DNA from: Galbitalea sp.
GTDB taxonomy: Bacteria; Actinomycetota; Actinomycetes; Actinomycetales; Microbacteriaceae
NCBI GenBank assembly: GCA_036495225.1
Contig: DASXNG010000054.1
Span: forward strand, 1,633-65,632
Direction: 5' to 3'
DNA: 64,000 bases
The position numbers and the translations under genes were made by a program. The notes beneath the pieces are model-generated. The model was given only the letters and a program-made list of their open reading frames with translations, was not told where the DNA came from and searched no databases. Numbering within the stretch: position 1 is the first letter of the stretch; the number at the start of each line of letters is the position of its first letter. Of the stretch, positions 36,167-46,503 are shown piece after piece.

Positions 36167-36787
36167 ATGGCCCAACCGGCTTTGGTCAGCAGCATTTTTG
36201 ACCAACTTCTGAGCGACCGCATCATCTGGCTCGGCTCAGAGGTGCGAGACGACAATGCCAACGAGATTTGCGCCAAGATCCTGCTGCTTGCCGCAGAGGA
36301 CCCCAAGCGAGACATCTTCCTTTACATCAACTCACCCGGCGGCTCGATCACCGCAGGGATGGCGATCTACGACACGATGAAGTTCGTGCCGAACGACATC
36401 GTCACTGTCGGCATCGGCCTTGCGGCATCCATGGGACAGTTCCTGCTGTCCTCTGGCACCAAGGGCAAGCGCTACATCACCCCGAACGCGCGCGTGCTTC
36501 TGCACCAGCCGTCCGGTGGGTTCGGCGGCACCGCGGCCGACATCCAGACACAGGCTGGCGTCATCCTCGCCATGAAGCAGCGGATGGCTGAGCTCACGGC
36601 TGAGCAGACGGGCAAGTCCGTCGAGCAGATCCTGATCGACAACGACCGCGACAACTGGTTCACGGCACAGGAAGCACTCGACTACGGCTTCGTCGACCAC
36701 CTGCGCGAGTTCGCGAGTGACGTGGTCGGTGGCGGCGGAACGGACGACCGAGTCAGCAACGCTGACGCGACCGGGAAGAAGGACTAA
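36167..36787 (+). CDS. clpP1: ATP-dependent Clp protease proteolytic subunit
   Basis: 206 aa with active-site context [11 protein letters not shown] and YINSPGGS. Confidence 0.92.
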   Translation: MAQPALVSSIFDQLLSDRIIWLGSEVRDDNANEICAKILLLAAEDPKRDIFLYINSPGGSITAGMAIYDTMKFVPNDIVTVGIGLAASMGQFLLSSGTKGKRYITPNARVLLHQPSGGFGGTAADIQTQAGVILAMKQRMAELTAEQTGKSVEQILIDNDRDNWFTAQEALDYGFVDHLREFASDVVGGGGTDDRVSNADATGKKD

Positions 36788-36789
36788 TC

Positions 36790-37449
36790 ATGAACAACTT
36801 TGATTTCGGCGGCAGGGCTCCGCAGAGCCCCAGCAGCCGCTACATCCTTCCGACCTTCGAGGAGCGCACTGCTTACGGCTACAAGCGCCAGGACCCGTAC
36901 GCGAAGCTGTTCGAGGATCGCATCATCTTCCTCGGCGTCCAGATCGACGACGCATCAGCGGATGACGTCATGGCCCAGCTTCTCGTACTCGAGAGCCAGG
37001 ACCCGGACCGCGACATCCTGATGTACATCAACTCGCCCGGTGGCTCGTTCACCGCGATGACGGCGATCTACGACACGATGCAGTACATCCGTCCGCCTGT
37101 GCAGACGTTCGCGCTCGGCCAGGCCGCTTCGGCTGCTGCAGTGCTGCTGGCTGCCGGTGCCCCCGGAAAGCGTCTCGCCCTGCCGAACGCGCGCATCCTC
37201 ATCCACCAGCCAGCGGCTGGCTCTGAGGGCGCAAGTCAGGCGTCGGACATCGAGATTCAGGCGCGTGAGATCCAGCGCATGCGCACCTGGCTCGAGGACA
37301 CCCTGTCGCTGCACTCCAACCGCACGTCGGCCGAAGTACACAAGGACATCGACCGCGACAAGATTCTTGGCGCGCAGGAGGCCCTCGAGTACGGCATCAT
37401 CGACCAGGTGCTCGCGCCGCGAAAGACGATCGCGGCGATCGCGAAGTAG
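36790..37449 (+). CDS. clpP2: ATP-dependent Clp protease proteolytic subunit (second paralog)
   Basis: 219 aa with [11 protein letters not shown] and GQAASAAAVLL. Confidence 0.92.
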   Translation: MNNFDFGGRAPQSPSSRYILPTFEERTAYGYKRQDPYAKLFEDRIIFLGVQIDDASADDVMAQLLVLESQDPDRDILMYINSPGGSFTAMTAIYDTMQYIRPPVQTFALGQAASAAAVLLAAGAPGKRLALPNARILIHQPAAGSEGASQASDIEIQAREIQRMRTWLEDTLSLHSNRTSAEVHKDIDRDKILGAQEALEYGIIDQVLAPRKTIAAIAK

Positions 37450-37461
37450 CCACTGCTTTTC

Positions 37462-37524
37462 CATCGAATGCCCTGTAAGTGCGGGTTGGAACACTCCAAC
37501 ACCAGCACTTACAGGGCATTCGAT
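37462..37524. terminator. long perfect hairpin (20-bp arms with a nested inner hairpin) between convergent clpP2 and the kinase gene
   Basis: catcgaatgccctgtaagtgc - gggttggaacactccaacacca - gcacttacagggcattcgat. The inner stem is gttgga/tccaac. Same family as 57163-57231. Confidence 0.65.
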
Positions 37525-37533
37525 ATGTGCGGG

Positions 37534-38040
37534 TCAGGCGAGCAGCGTGTGAGCCCAGACGGGGATGTCTGCCACCGCTGGCGCGATGGTGTGGGATTCA
37601 TCGGCGCCGGGCTCATCGAAGTCGGCGAGGTGGGCTTCAAACACGGGATCCGCGACCTCGTGACGTGAGCGATGAATCCGGTTGACGTCCCGGCGTCGGC
37701 GCACCTCGTCGGCCGGGGTGTCGACGTACAGCAGGATGTAGCTGGCGGTTTCGCGCTCGGCGAGGTCCCGCCATCCGTCGCGCAGGAATCTCCACGAATT
37801 CGTGTCATCGACGATCACGACACGGTTGTCGTGCAGCGCCGCGAGCACCCGCTCTGTCGCGATGGCGTGGGTGCGCTGCCACTCCTCCACAGGGATGCCG
37901 GCCCCGCCATCGAGACCCCGCTGTTCGTTGATCTGGTCGAAATTCACCACATCGGCGTCGAGCGTGGCCGCGATCGCGCGGGCGATGGTGCTCTTGCCGG
38001 AGAACGACCGGCCACACATCACGATGAGGGCGCTACTCAC
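37534..38040 (-). CDS. P-loop kinase-like ATPase (AAA_33 / zeta-toxin-like fold)
   Basis: Walker A CGRSFSGKSTIA and Walker B-like VVIVDDT. 168 aa. Confidence 0.65.
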   Translation of the reverse strand: MSSALIVMCGRSFSGKSTIARAIAATLDADVVNFDQINEQRGLDGGAGIPVEEWQRTHAIATERVLAALHDNRVVIVDDTNSWRFLRDGWRDLAERETASYILLYVDTPADEVRRRRDVNRIHRSRHEVADPVFEAHLADFDEPGADESHTIAPAVADIPVWAHTLLA

Positions 38041-38665
38041 CGTCGGTGGGCTTCCTGCGGCGACCAGTAAGCAGCAGTACCAGAGCCAGCGCGATGCCCA
38101 GGGCGAGCACCCCTCCGCCGATGCCGAGCACGAGGCCGAGGTTGGCGTGGGGTTGGTTGTAGACGTCCTGACCCAGGTTGGGGTCCGGGGGAGCGGTGCC
38201 GCCGGAGAGACCGTGGCAGTCGAGCGGATGACTCGAGCCGACCGAATCGGCTGGGGAGCTGCCAGCGGCCGGGGCCCACGTGAACGAGTACTCGTTCGAA
38301 ACGACGTGCCCGTCGGCAGACACGATCTGCCAGATCACCTTGTATGTGCCGGGAGACCCGAGCGCCGCGGCGGTTGACATGCTTGGGCCGTGAACATCCA
38401 CGCACCCATCGCCGTAAAACTTGCCGTGCGAGTCTTCGACATCGAAGGCGAACCCGGCGCCGTGGTGCGAGAGGTCCAGCAGTCCCTCGTTGGTCGTGAT
38501 GACGAAGCGTGCCGGGAGCCTGGTCAGAGTCTCTCCCGAGGCGGGTGTGGATGAAACCAGATAGTTGTGGGCGGCCGCGGACTCGGCCAGGCCCAGAACT
38601 GAGCCGACGACAAGAATTCCGCCTGCGACAACAGCGAGAACGCGGCGGCGTCGGGCTGTGCGCAT
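38033..38665 (-). CDS. copC: copper resistance protein CopC-domain protein with a C-terminal membrane anchor
   Basis: Start [16 protein letters not shown] (signal peptide). The mature N-terminus [15 protein letters not shown] is typical of CopC. C-terminal TM helix [22 protein letters not shown]. Confidence 0.75.
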   Translation of the reverse strand: MRTARRRRVLAVVAGGILVVGSVLGLAESAAAHNYLVSSTPASGETLTRLPARFVITTNEGLLDLSHHGAGFAFDVEDSHGKFYGDGCVDVHGPSMSTAAALGSPGTYKVIWQIVSADGHVVSNEYSFTWAPAAGSSPADSVGSSHPLDCHGLSGGTAPPDPNLGQDVYNQPHANLGLVLGIGGGVLALGIALALVLLLTGRRRKPTDGE

Positions 38666-38783
38666 GCGAATTACGTTACGGCACGCCGAAGTCACAATTC
38701 TGCGCGATGGCTGGCAGTGTCCGTCTCTCGGGTTAGGCTCATTCCCACATAGTGTCTTGTGTCTCGAACAGGGGAGAGCGACA

Positions 38784-40061
<1,278 letters not shown>

Positions 40062-40075
40062 GCTCGTCGTTCGCG

Positions 40076-40094
40076 TGATACCAGACTGGTATCA
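40076..40094. promoter_or_regulatory. perfect 19-bp palindrome abutting the antitoxin start codon
   Basis: TGATACCAGaCTGGTATCA. Likely autoregulatory operator of the RHH-Doc module. Confidence 0.5.
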
Positions 40095-40309
40095 TGGCGA
40101 CTATGGCAATGACACTTCGACTGTCTCCAGAATTGGATGCGGCTGCGGACAAGTTGGCCGCTGAACAGCACACGTCCAAGCACTCATTGATCGTGCGAGC
40201 GTTCGAGGAGTTCATCTCGCGTGAAGAGAAGACTCGTCGAGTGCTTGGCAGCATCGACGAGACAAAGCGTGACTATGCGGAGACAATCAGGCGACTCGAA
40301 GACGCGTGA
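40094..40309 (+). CDS. ribbon-helix-helix antitoxin
   Basis: MATMAMTLRLSPELDAAADKLAAEQHTSKHSLIVRAFEEFI. The real start may be the third ATG at 40103 (MAMTLRL, as in the paralog). Confidence 0.75.
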   Translation: MATMAMTLRLSPELDAAADKLAAEQHTSKHSLIVRAFEEFISREEKTRRVLGSIDETKRDYAETIRRLEDA

Positions 40310-40680
40310 CGGAGTACATCGATCCGGAGCAGGCCTTAGTTGCCGCCGACTACCTTGGCTTGCACATTCGAGATCGCGGTCTTCTGTTTTCAGCGCTCGC
40401 AAGGCCCGCAACGAGCGCCTTCGGTGATGATGCGTACGAGACGCTCGAATTGAAGGCCGCCGCGTTGCTGAGCTCACTGGGAACGAATCACGCGATGATC
40501 GACGGGAACAAGCGATTCTCCTGGTTTCTCACGCTCGCGTTTCTCAGGCTCAACGGCTACCGCGTCGTGATGTCGAACGACGACGCGTTCAATCTGGTGC
40601 TGGCGGTCGCGCAGGGCGCGCAAGACCTTGATGAGATTGCACTGCGTCTCCGAACGCATATGGTGAGCTACCCGAGGTAG
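40306..40680 (+). CDS. doc: Doc (death-on-curing) family toxin, canonical Fic motif
   Basis: 124 aa with HAMIDGNKRFS. 4-nt overlap with the antitoxin gene. Confidence 0.82.
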   Translation: MTEYIDPEQALVAADYLGLHIRDRGLLFSALARPATSAFGDDAYETLELKAAALLSSLGTNHAMIDGNKRFSWFLTLAFLRLNGYRVVMSNDDAFNLVLAVAQGAQDLDEIALRLRTHMVSYPR

Positions 40681-40717
40681 TTGCAGTACTGCCAGTTCTT
40701 GCCGGGAGCCGCGCGCC

Positions 40718-40775
40718 TCGACTTTCCCCACATCGATCTAAAACTCGAGGGCGAGAGCGATTTGGGGAAAGTCGA
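40718..40775. terminator. 13-bp-arm inverted repeat downstream of the doc gene
   Basis: tcgactttcccca (40718-40730) pairs with tggggaaagtcga (40763-40775). The loop is 32 nt with partial internal pairing. No U-tract. Confidence 0.35.
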
Positions 40776-40819
40776 CGCGCCCCCAGATGCAGCAGTTATG
40801 GTCATTTTCTCGTTGCGTC

Positions 40820-40868
40820 TTGACGGCTCTGTCCACTTCATTCTAAAGTTTATTTAGTCCTGAATAAA
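40820..40868 (+). promoter_or_regulatory. sigma-70-like promoter plus AT-rich inverted repeat upstream of the ROK regulator
   Basis: TTGACG (40820-40825), an 18-nt spacer, then TAAAGT (40844-40849). This is followed by TTTATT-n8-AATAAA (40849-40868). The patch is conspicuously AT-rich in GC-rich DNA. Confidence 0.45.
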
Positions 40869-40877
40869 GCGTGCTCA

Positions 40878-42131
40878 GTGACGACCGCCCTGAACGACGG
40901 AGAACCAATGACGATTCGCCCGAATGCGAGAACCGATGTCAATCGGTCCGCGATCCTTGCGCATCTTGGCGCCCAGGGACCAGCGTCGCGCGCCGACCTC
41001 GCGCGGGCGCTGAACGTCTCGCCGGCTCTCATGACCCAGCTCACCAAGGACCTCCTGTCGGATGGACTGCTTGCGGAGCTCGATCACTCTCCATCGCAGG
41101 GGGGGCGTCCCGCTCGAATGCTCGGCCTCGTTGCAACAGCTGGTCGCGCCATTGGAGTGAAGATTGCTCCCGATCATGTCGCGTTCGTCGAGGTCGGAAT
41201 AGCGGGAGGCGTGCTGCGGTCCGCCAGCGAACCGTTCGATGCCGCGGCATCCACCATGCTCAATGACATCACCGAACTTCTGCGTCGGTTCATCGCGGGC
41301 GGCAGCAATGCGCCGCTGCTCGGCATCGGGGTAGGGGTGCCCGGCTCCGTCGACGAGCAGGGCAGCGGACTCGTCGACTCTGCGCAACTGGGCTGGCAAC
41401 AGGTACCGGTTGGCGCGACTCTGCGCCGTGAGCTCGAACTGCCAGTACTGGTCGAGAACAACGTGAATGCGCTCGCGATGGCCGAGCGGTTGTACGGGCT
41501 CGGCCGACAGTATGAGAACTTCCTCGTCATCACGATCGGAACCGGCATCGGCGCCGGAATTGTCGTTGATGGCGTTGTGCTGCGGGGCGCCTCGGGAGGT
41601 GCCGGTGAAATCGGCCACATCCCGGTTCAGCCAGATGGACCGCTGTGCACCTGCGGCAACATCGGGTGTCTCGAAGCGATCATCGGTCAGGCAGGGCTAC
41701 TGCGCACCGCTCGCGAGCGAGGAATCATCGGCGCGCACAGCAGCATCGACGCACTGCGGTCGGCCGCAGACTCAGGGGATGAGGCCGCCGCGGCAGTATT
41801 CAGCGAGGCTGGGCACCTGCTCGGCCGAGTACTGGCGGGCATCGTGCACACAATCGACCCGGAAATAGTCATCGTGCTGGGAGAGGGAACAATTTCGTGG
41901 GCCCACTGGTCCTTCGGATTCGAACCTGCTCTCCGTTCATCCCTTATCTCCAGCCGCCGCGGGGTTGGAGTTGCCGTCGAGTCCTGGCAGGACGAAAGCT
42001 GGGCGCAGGGCGCCGCATCGATCGTGCTCGCGACCCCGTTTGACTCGGACGACATTGCGGGCGACCAGGGGAGACTTGTTCGCGAGCGGTTAGTCGAGCA
42101 GGCGGCCCCGGCTCAAGGTGACAGCGAGTGA
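40878..42131 (+). CDS. ROK family transcriptional regulator
   Basis: N-terminal wHTH (SRADLARALNVSPALMTQLTKDL), ROK sugar-kinase-like domain, and zinc motif CTCGNIGCLE. Confidence 0.85.
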   Translation: MTTALNDGEPMTIRPNARTDVNRSAILAHLGAQGPASRADLARALNVSPALMTQLTKDLLSDGLLAELDHSPSQGGRPARMLGLVATAGRAIGVKIAPDHVAFVEVGIAGGVLRSASEPFDAAASTMLNDITELLRRFIAGGSNAPLLGIGVGVPGSVDEQGSGLVDSAQLGWQQVPVGATLRRELELPVLVENNVNALAMAERLYGLGRQYENFLVITIGTGIGAGIVVDGVVLRGASGGAGEIGHIPVQPDGPLCTCGNIGCLEAIIGQAGLLRTARERGIIGAHSSIDALRSAADSGDEAAAAVFSEAGHLLGRVLAGIVHTIDPEIVIVLGEGTISWAHWSFGFEPALRSSLISSRRGVGVAVESWQDESWAQGAASIVLATPFDSDDIAGDQGRLVRERLVEQAAPAQGDSE

Positions 42132-43078
42132 CCGCTCAAACCGCGCTCGTCGACAAGGCGCCGCAATTCAAACACTCGCAGCCAGTTCGGGATACGGCTC
42201 GCACTTCGCGACGCGCCAAGTACCTGCTCACCGTGCTGGCGTTCCTTCTTCCGAGCGCCATTCCACTAGCGATCTTCGTGCTCGGCCCGATGATTGCCGC
42301 CGCCTGGGTGAGCCTCAACCAGTGGAATCTCCTGGCCCCGATGAAGTTCGTGGGCTTAGGGAACTACGTGGGACTGCTACAGGATCCCCAGACTGGTTCG
42401 GTCTTCCTGAACACCGCGTACTATGTTGCCGGCTACCTGCCGCTCGTCTACTTCGGCGGACTCGCGCTCGCCCTCGCCCTCAACACCGCACTCAAGGGTC
42501 GATCCCTTTTGCGCGGCGTCTACTTTCTGCCAGTGATCACCAGCTGGATCGTCGTCGCGCTCGTCTGGCGCTGGCTGCTCAGCCCAAGCAACGGCATCGT
42601 GAACACAGTCCTTGCCTGGGTCGGCATACAGGGCCCCGGTTGGTGGACGGATCCGGCGTGGTCCATGCCATCGATCATTCTGGCGTCAGCATGGAAGGAT
42701 CTCGGCTTCGTCATGGTGATCCTTTTGGCCGGCCTCCAGGCAATACCGACCGACATGTATGACGCAGCCAAGGTGGACGGAGCCGGTCCGTGGCGCCGGT
42801 TAATCTCGGTGACGCTGCCCCTGCTCTCACCATCCACTTTCTTCGTCATCATCATCTCGCTCGTCAACGGGTTCCAGGTCTTCGACCAGATCTATGCCAT
42901 GACGGGCGGCGGACCGGACGGCTCGAGTGAGTCCGTTGTCGAGCAGATCTACGACTTCACCTTCCGCTACGGCAGGGCGGGCGACGCTTCAGCACTGTCG
43001 TGGATGTTGTTCATCGTGATCCTCGCGGTCACCCTCATTCAGATTCGCGGCCAGAGGAGGTGGGTGACCTATGGCTGA
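42128..43078 (+). CDS. carbohydrate ABC transporter permease
   Basis: 316 aa, MalF/UgpA-like. EAA loop DAAKVDGAGPWRRLISVTLP. Confidence 0.85.
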   Translation: MTAQTALVDKAPQFKHSQPVRDTARTSRRAKYLLTVLAFLLPSAIPLAIFVLGPMIAAAWVSLNQWNLLAPMKFVGLGNYVGLLQDPQTGSVFLNTAYYVAGYLPLVYFGGLALALALNTALKGRSLLRGVYFLPVITSWIVVALVWRWLLSPSNGIVNTVLAWVGIQGPGWWTDPAWSMPSIILASAWKDLGFVMVILLAGLQAIPTDMYDAAKVDGAGPWRRLISVTLPLLSPSTFFVIIISLVNGFQVFDQIYAMTGGGPDGSSESVVEQIYDFTFRYGRAGDASALSWMLFIVILAVTLIQIRGQRRWVTYG

Positions 43079-43949
43079 CGCAACCATCGCCATTCGCACT
43101 CGGGCGCGCTGGGCGGCCCGCACGCCAGCCTCGCGCAGGGGCCTCGTGATTGCAATCATCCTGCACGTCGCCATCATCGGCGGCGCGCTCGCAATGTTCT
43201 TCCCATTCCTGTGGACGCTGATCACCTCAATCACGCCAGGCGCGAACCTCACGAGCACGCCGGCACTGATTCCGGCCAATCCGTCGTTCGGCGCATACGC
43301 AAAGTTATTCTCCGACCTGCCATTTGCCCAGGTCATCCTCAACAGCCTCCTGCTCGCTAGTGTCACAACCGCCGTGCAACTATTCACGTCATCGACTGCG
43401 GCGTATGCCTTCAGCAGACTGCCATTCCGAGGCCAAAATGTGGTCTTTGCGATCTATCTCGCGACGATGATGATCCCGTTGCAGGTGCTCATCGTTCCGC
43501 TTTTCGTCGAGCTCAAGACGTTTGGGCTCCTCGACACGTATTTGGGCGCATTGCTGCCGACGTTCGCCTCGGCGTTTGGGATATTTCTTCTCAGGCAGGC
43601 GATCAACCAGGTTCCTCGCGAACTGGATGAAGCAGCGACGATCGACGGCGCCGGACATTTTCGAATCTTTGGACAGGTGATCCTGCCGAATATCCGCCCA
43701 GCGCTCGCGACTCTCGTCGTTTTCTCATTCATGAGCAGCTGGAACAGTTTTCTCTGGCCACTCATCGTCTTACGTTCGCCGCAATTGCAGACGCTTCCCA
43801 TTGCGCTCGCCGGTCTTCAAGGCCAGTACATCTCGCAGTGGGATGTCATCATGGCCGGCTCCGTCGTCAGCATCCTGCCCATGTTGGCTCTCTATGTCTT
43901 CGCCCAAAAATACGTCATCCAGGGCGTCGCAAGCTCAGGGATCAAGTGA
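43071..43949 (+). CDS. carbohydrate ABC transporter permease
   Basis: 292 aa, MalG/UgpE-like. EAA loop EAATIDGAGHFRIFGQVILP. Confidence 0.85.
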   Translation: MADATIAIRTRARWAARTPASRRGLVIAIILHVAIIGGALAMFFPFLWTLITSITPGANLTSTPALIPANPSFGAYAKLFSDLPFAQVILNSLLLASVTTAVQLFTSSTAAYAFSRLPFRGQNVVFAIYLATMMIPLQVLIVPLFVELKTFGLLDTYLGALLPTFASAFGIFLLRQAINQVPRELDEAATIDGAGHFRIFGQVILPNIRPALATLVVFSFMSSWNSFLWPLIVLRSPQLQTLPIALAGLQGQYISQWDVIMAGSVVSILPMLALYVFAQKYVIQGVASSGIK

Positions 43950-44001
43950 TCGCTGGACCACAGGTACCACCGCACCATCACATCAAAGGAGATTGCAGCA
44001 C

Positions 44002-45252
44002 ATGAAAAGAAAGCTAGTCGGAGCCCTCGCAGTGGCAGGCGTCGCAGCGCTCGTCATGACGGGATGCGCTTCGAACCCGCCGAAGGCGGACAGCGGCCCG
44101 GTCACCATCACCTACACGAACTTCATCTCGGCGGGTGCCAACGAGGGCAATCTGAAGAAGATCGTGGATGCCTTCGAGAAGGCCAATCCGGACATCACGG
44201 TGCAGGTCAAAACCATCCCATACAGCGGCTACGCGACTGCGCAGCAGACGGATCTCGCCGCTGGTACGGCGTCGGATGTGTTCGACATTGACGGCCTCTC
44301 GAACTACCAGTCGCTGGAGGCGAACGGCCAGCTCGCGGAGTTGAAGGGAGTCGACGGCAAGGTCTACAACTCCGGACTGCTGGACACGTACCAGACGGAC
44401 GGGAAGCAGTACGCTCTGCCGACCTCGTTCTCCGACGTGGTGCTGTACTACAACAAGGACCTTTTCGATGCTGCCGGCGTCTCATACCCAACGAGCAGCT
44501 GGACGTGGGCGGATGAAACCGCAGCGGCGACGAAGATCACCGACAAGGCCAAGGGCATCTGGGGCGACCACCAGCCCGTCACTTACAACGAGTACTACAA
44601 GGCGCTTGTGCAGAACGGGGCAAGCTTCTTGAGCAAGGACGGCAAGAAGGCGGCCTTCGACACTCCAGCTGGGCTGGAAGCCGCAAAGTGGCTGGTCGAC
44701 AAGAGCGGCACGACTATGCCGACCATCAAGCAAGGCCAGGGCACGGCCGACTTCGACACGAATCTATTTGCCGCCGGAAAGCTCGCGATGTTGCACACGG
44801 GGACGTGGGTATTCGGCAACTTTGCGAAGGTTCCGTTCAAGTGGGACATCGCCGTGGAGCCGGGAAACACGAAGTCGGCTAGCGCGGTCTTCTCGAACGG
44901 CATCGGTGTGTATGCACAAAGCAAGCATCTCGCTGCGGCACAGAAGTGGGCCGTCTACATGTCCTCGTCGAACGAAGAGGTGAACGTGCGTCTCGACACC
45001 GGCTGGGAGCTTCCCACGATCTCGGACTCGGCGAAGCTCGCCACCTATCTGAACAAGGGTGCGCCCGCCAACCGGCAGGCCGTGTTCGATGCTGCAAAGC
45101 AGATCGCGCAGAGCCCGTCCCTCGGAGCGAACTCGCAGGCGATCCAGGATGCGATGACCGCAGCGTTGATCGAAGCCCAGTCCGGTCGTGAGACCGTGCA
45201 GCAGGCACTGGACAGCGCGAAGACCAAGATCGACGCGCTGCTCGCGGGCTAG
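44002..45252 (+). CDS. sugar ABC transporter substrate-binding lipoprotein
   Basis: Start MKRKLVGALAVAGVAALVMTGCAS (lipobox), preceded by AAGGAG. The upstream part of the longer ORF overlaps the permease gene. Confidence 0.85.
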   Translation: MKRKLVGALAVAGVAALVMTGCASNPPKADSGPVTITYTNFISAGANEGNLKKIVDAFEKANPDITVQVKTIPYSGYATAQQTDLAAGTASDVFDIDGLSNYQSLEANGQLAELKGVDGKVYNSGLLDTYQTDGKQYALPTSFSDVVLYYNKDLFDAAGVSYPTSSWTWADETAAATKITDKAKGIWGDHQPVTYNEYYKALVQNGASFLSKDGKKAAFDTPAGLEAAKWLVDKSGTTMPTIKQGQGTADFDTNLFAAGKLAMLHTGTWVFGNFAKVPFKWDIAVEPGNTKSASAVFSNGIGVYAQSKHLAAAQKWAVYMSSSNEEVNVRLDTGWELPTISDSAKLATYLNKGAPANRQAVFDAAKQIAQSPSLGANSQAIQDAMTAALIEAQSGRETVQQALDSAKTKIDALLAG

Positions 45253-45290
45253 ATCAGACCAGCATCATCGGTCGGCGCAGGTCGGCCACA

Positions 45291-45321
45291 GGGTCCCGAG
45301 GTCCACTCGGCCTCGGGACCC
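45291..45321 (+). other. intercistronic GC hairpin after the binding-protein gene
   Basis: gggtcccgagg-tccactcgg-cctcgggaccc (11-bp stem). Confidence 0.45.
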
Positions 45322-45360
45322 TTCCATATCTTTGAGCACAACCAAGGGGAAATCACCGGC

Positions 45361-46503
45361 ATGAGCGAAGCCATCCGCGACCGTCCAGTCGACATCGACG
45401 AATTGAAATCGTTAGCCACGAGCAGCATCGCGCTGATCGAAGAATTGCAGGACGTTTCGGGCGCGTATCCGGCGAGCCCCACGTTCTCTGCGTATCGCGG
45501 TTACTCGTGGTTCCGCGACGGTGCTTTTATTGCGGATGCGGTGTCATCGGCGGGACGCCGTGACTCTGCCACGGCATTTTTCGACTGGTGCAGCTCGATT
45601 GTGCTTGCTCGTCGTGATCGGATTGAGGACATCGTCGGCCGAGCCGCCGACGGAACTCCGGCGCCCGACCGCGACATGCTGCCGACTCGATTTACGCTCG
45701 ACGGACAGGACGGCGACGACGAGTGGTGGGATTTCCAGCTCGACGGATATGGCACCTGGTTGTGGGCCGTCGTCGAGCACTCGCGGCGCCACTCGATCGA
45801 CCTGGCGCGGTGGAGTCCCGCCATCCTGCTGACCGTCGACTACCTGCTCAGTTCATGGAGCAGGCCGTGTTTCGACTGGTGGGAGGAGAGCGCGGAGCAC
45901 GTGCACGTCTCTACTCTGGGCTGTATTGCTGCGGGCCTCAGCGCTGTGACGCAGACCGGCATCATTGATCCGACCCGGCTTGCCCAGTGCTGGGCAGTGG
46001 CAGCCGAGATTCTCGACCTGATTCGCGCACACGGAACGACCAATCATCACCTCGCCAAGTGGCTCGGCTCATCTGATGTCGATGCGAGCCTGCTGGCCGT
46101 CGTCAGCCCGCTTGCCGTCATCCCCAGTTCCGACCCGCTTGCCCGCAACACCATAGCGGCCGTTGAACGCGAACTCACCCACGATGGCGGCGTGCACCGC
46201 TACGCGCGTGACACGTTCTTCGGCGGGGGACAGTGGCCGCTGCTCACCTGTTTTCTTGGACTTGCGGATGCCGCGGCCGGTTCGCGCGAACTCGCGATGG
46301 AACGGCTGCGTTGGGCGGCCTCGACCGCAGACAGCGACCAGCAGTTTCCCGAGCAGGTCGGCTGGCATTTGCTCGATCCGACAATGGTCGACGAGTGGGT
46401 CGGACGGTGGGGTTCGGTCGCCCGCCCCTTGTTGTGGAGCCACGCAATGTATGTTCGTCTGGCCGTCGAGCTCGGAGTGCTCGACGACCGAGGTGAGGCG
46501 TGA
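45361..46503 (+). CDS. glycoside hydrolase family 15, catalytic (alpha/alpha)6 domain only
   Basis: 380 aa with YSWFRDGAF, FDWWEE and LLWSHAMY motifs typical of GH15. No N-terminal beta-sandwich domain. Confidence 0.8.
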   Translation: MSEAIRDRPVDIDELKSLATSSIALIEELQDVSGAYPASPTFSAYRGYSWFRDGAFIADAVSSAGRRDSATAFFDWCSSIVLARRDRIEDIVGRAADGTPAPDRDMLPTRFTLDGQDGDDEWWDFQLDGYGTWLWAVVEHSRRHSIDLARWSPAILLTVDYLLSSWSRPCFDWWEESAEHVHVSTLGCIAAGLSAVTQTGIIDPTRLAQCWAVAAEILDLIRAHGTTNHHLAKWLGSSDVDASLLAVVSPLAVIPSSDPLARNTIAAVERELTHDGGVHRYARDTFFGGGQWPLLTCFLGLADAAAGSRELAMERLRWAASTADSDQQFPEQVGWHLLDPTMVDEWVGRWGSVARPLLWSHAMYVRLAVELGVLDDRGEA

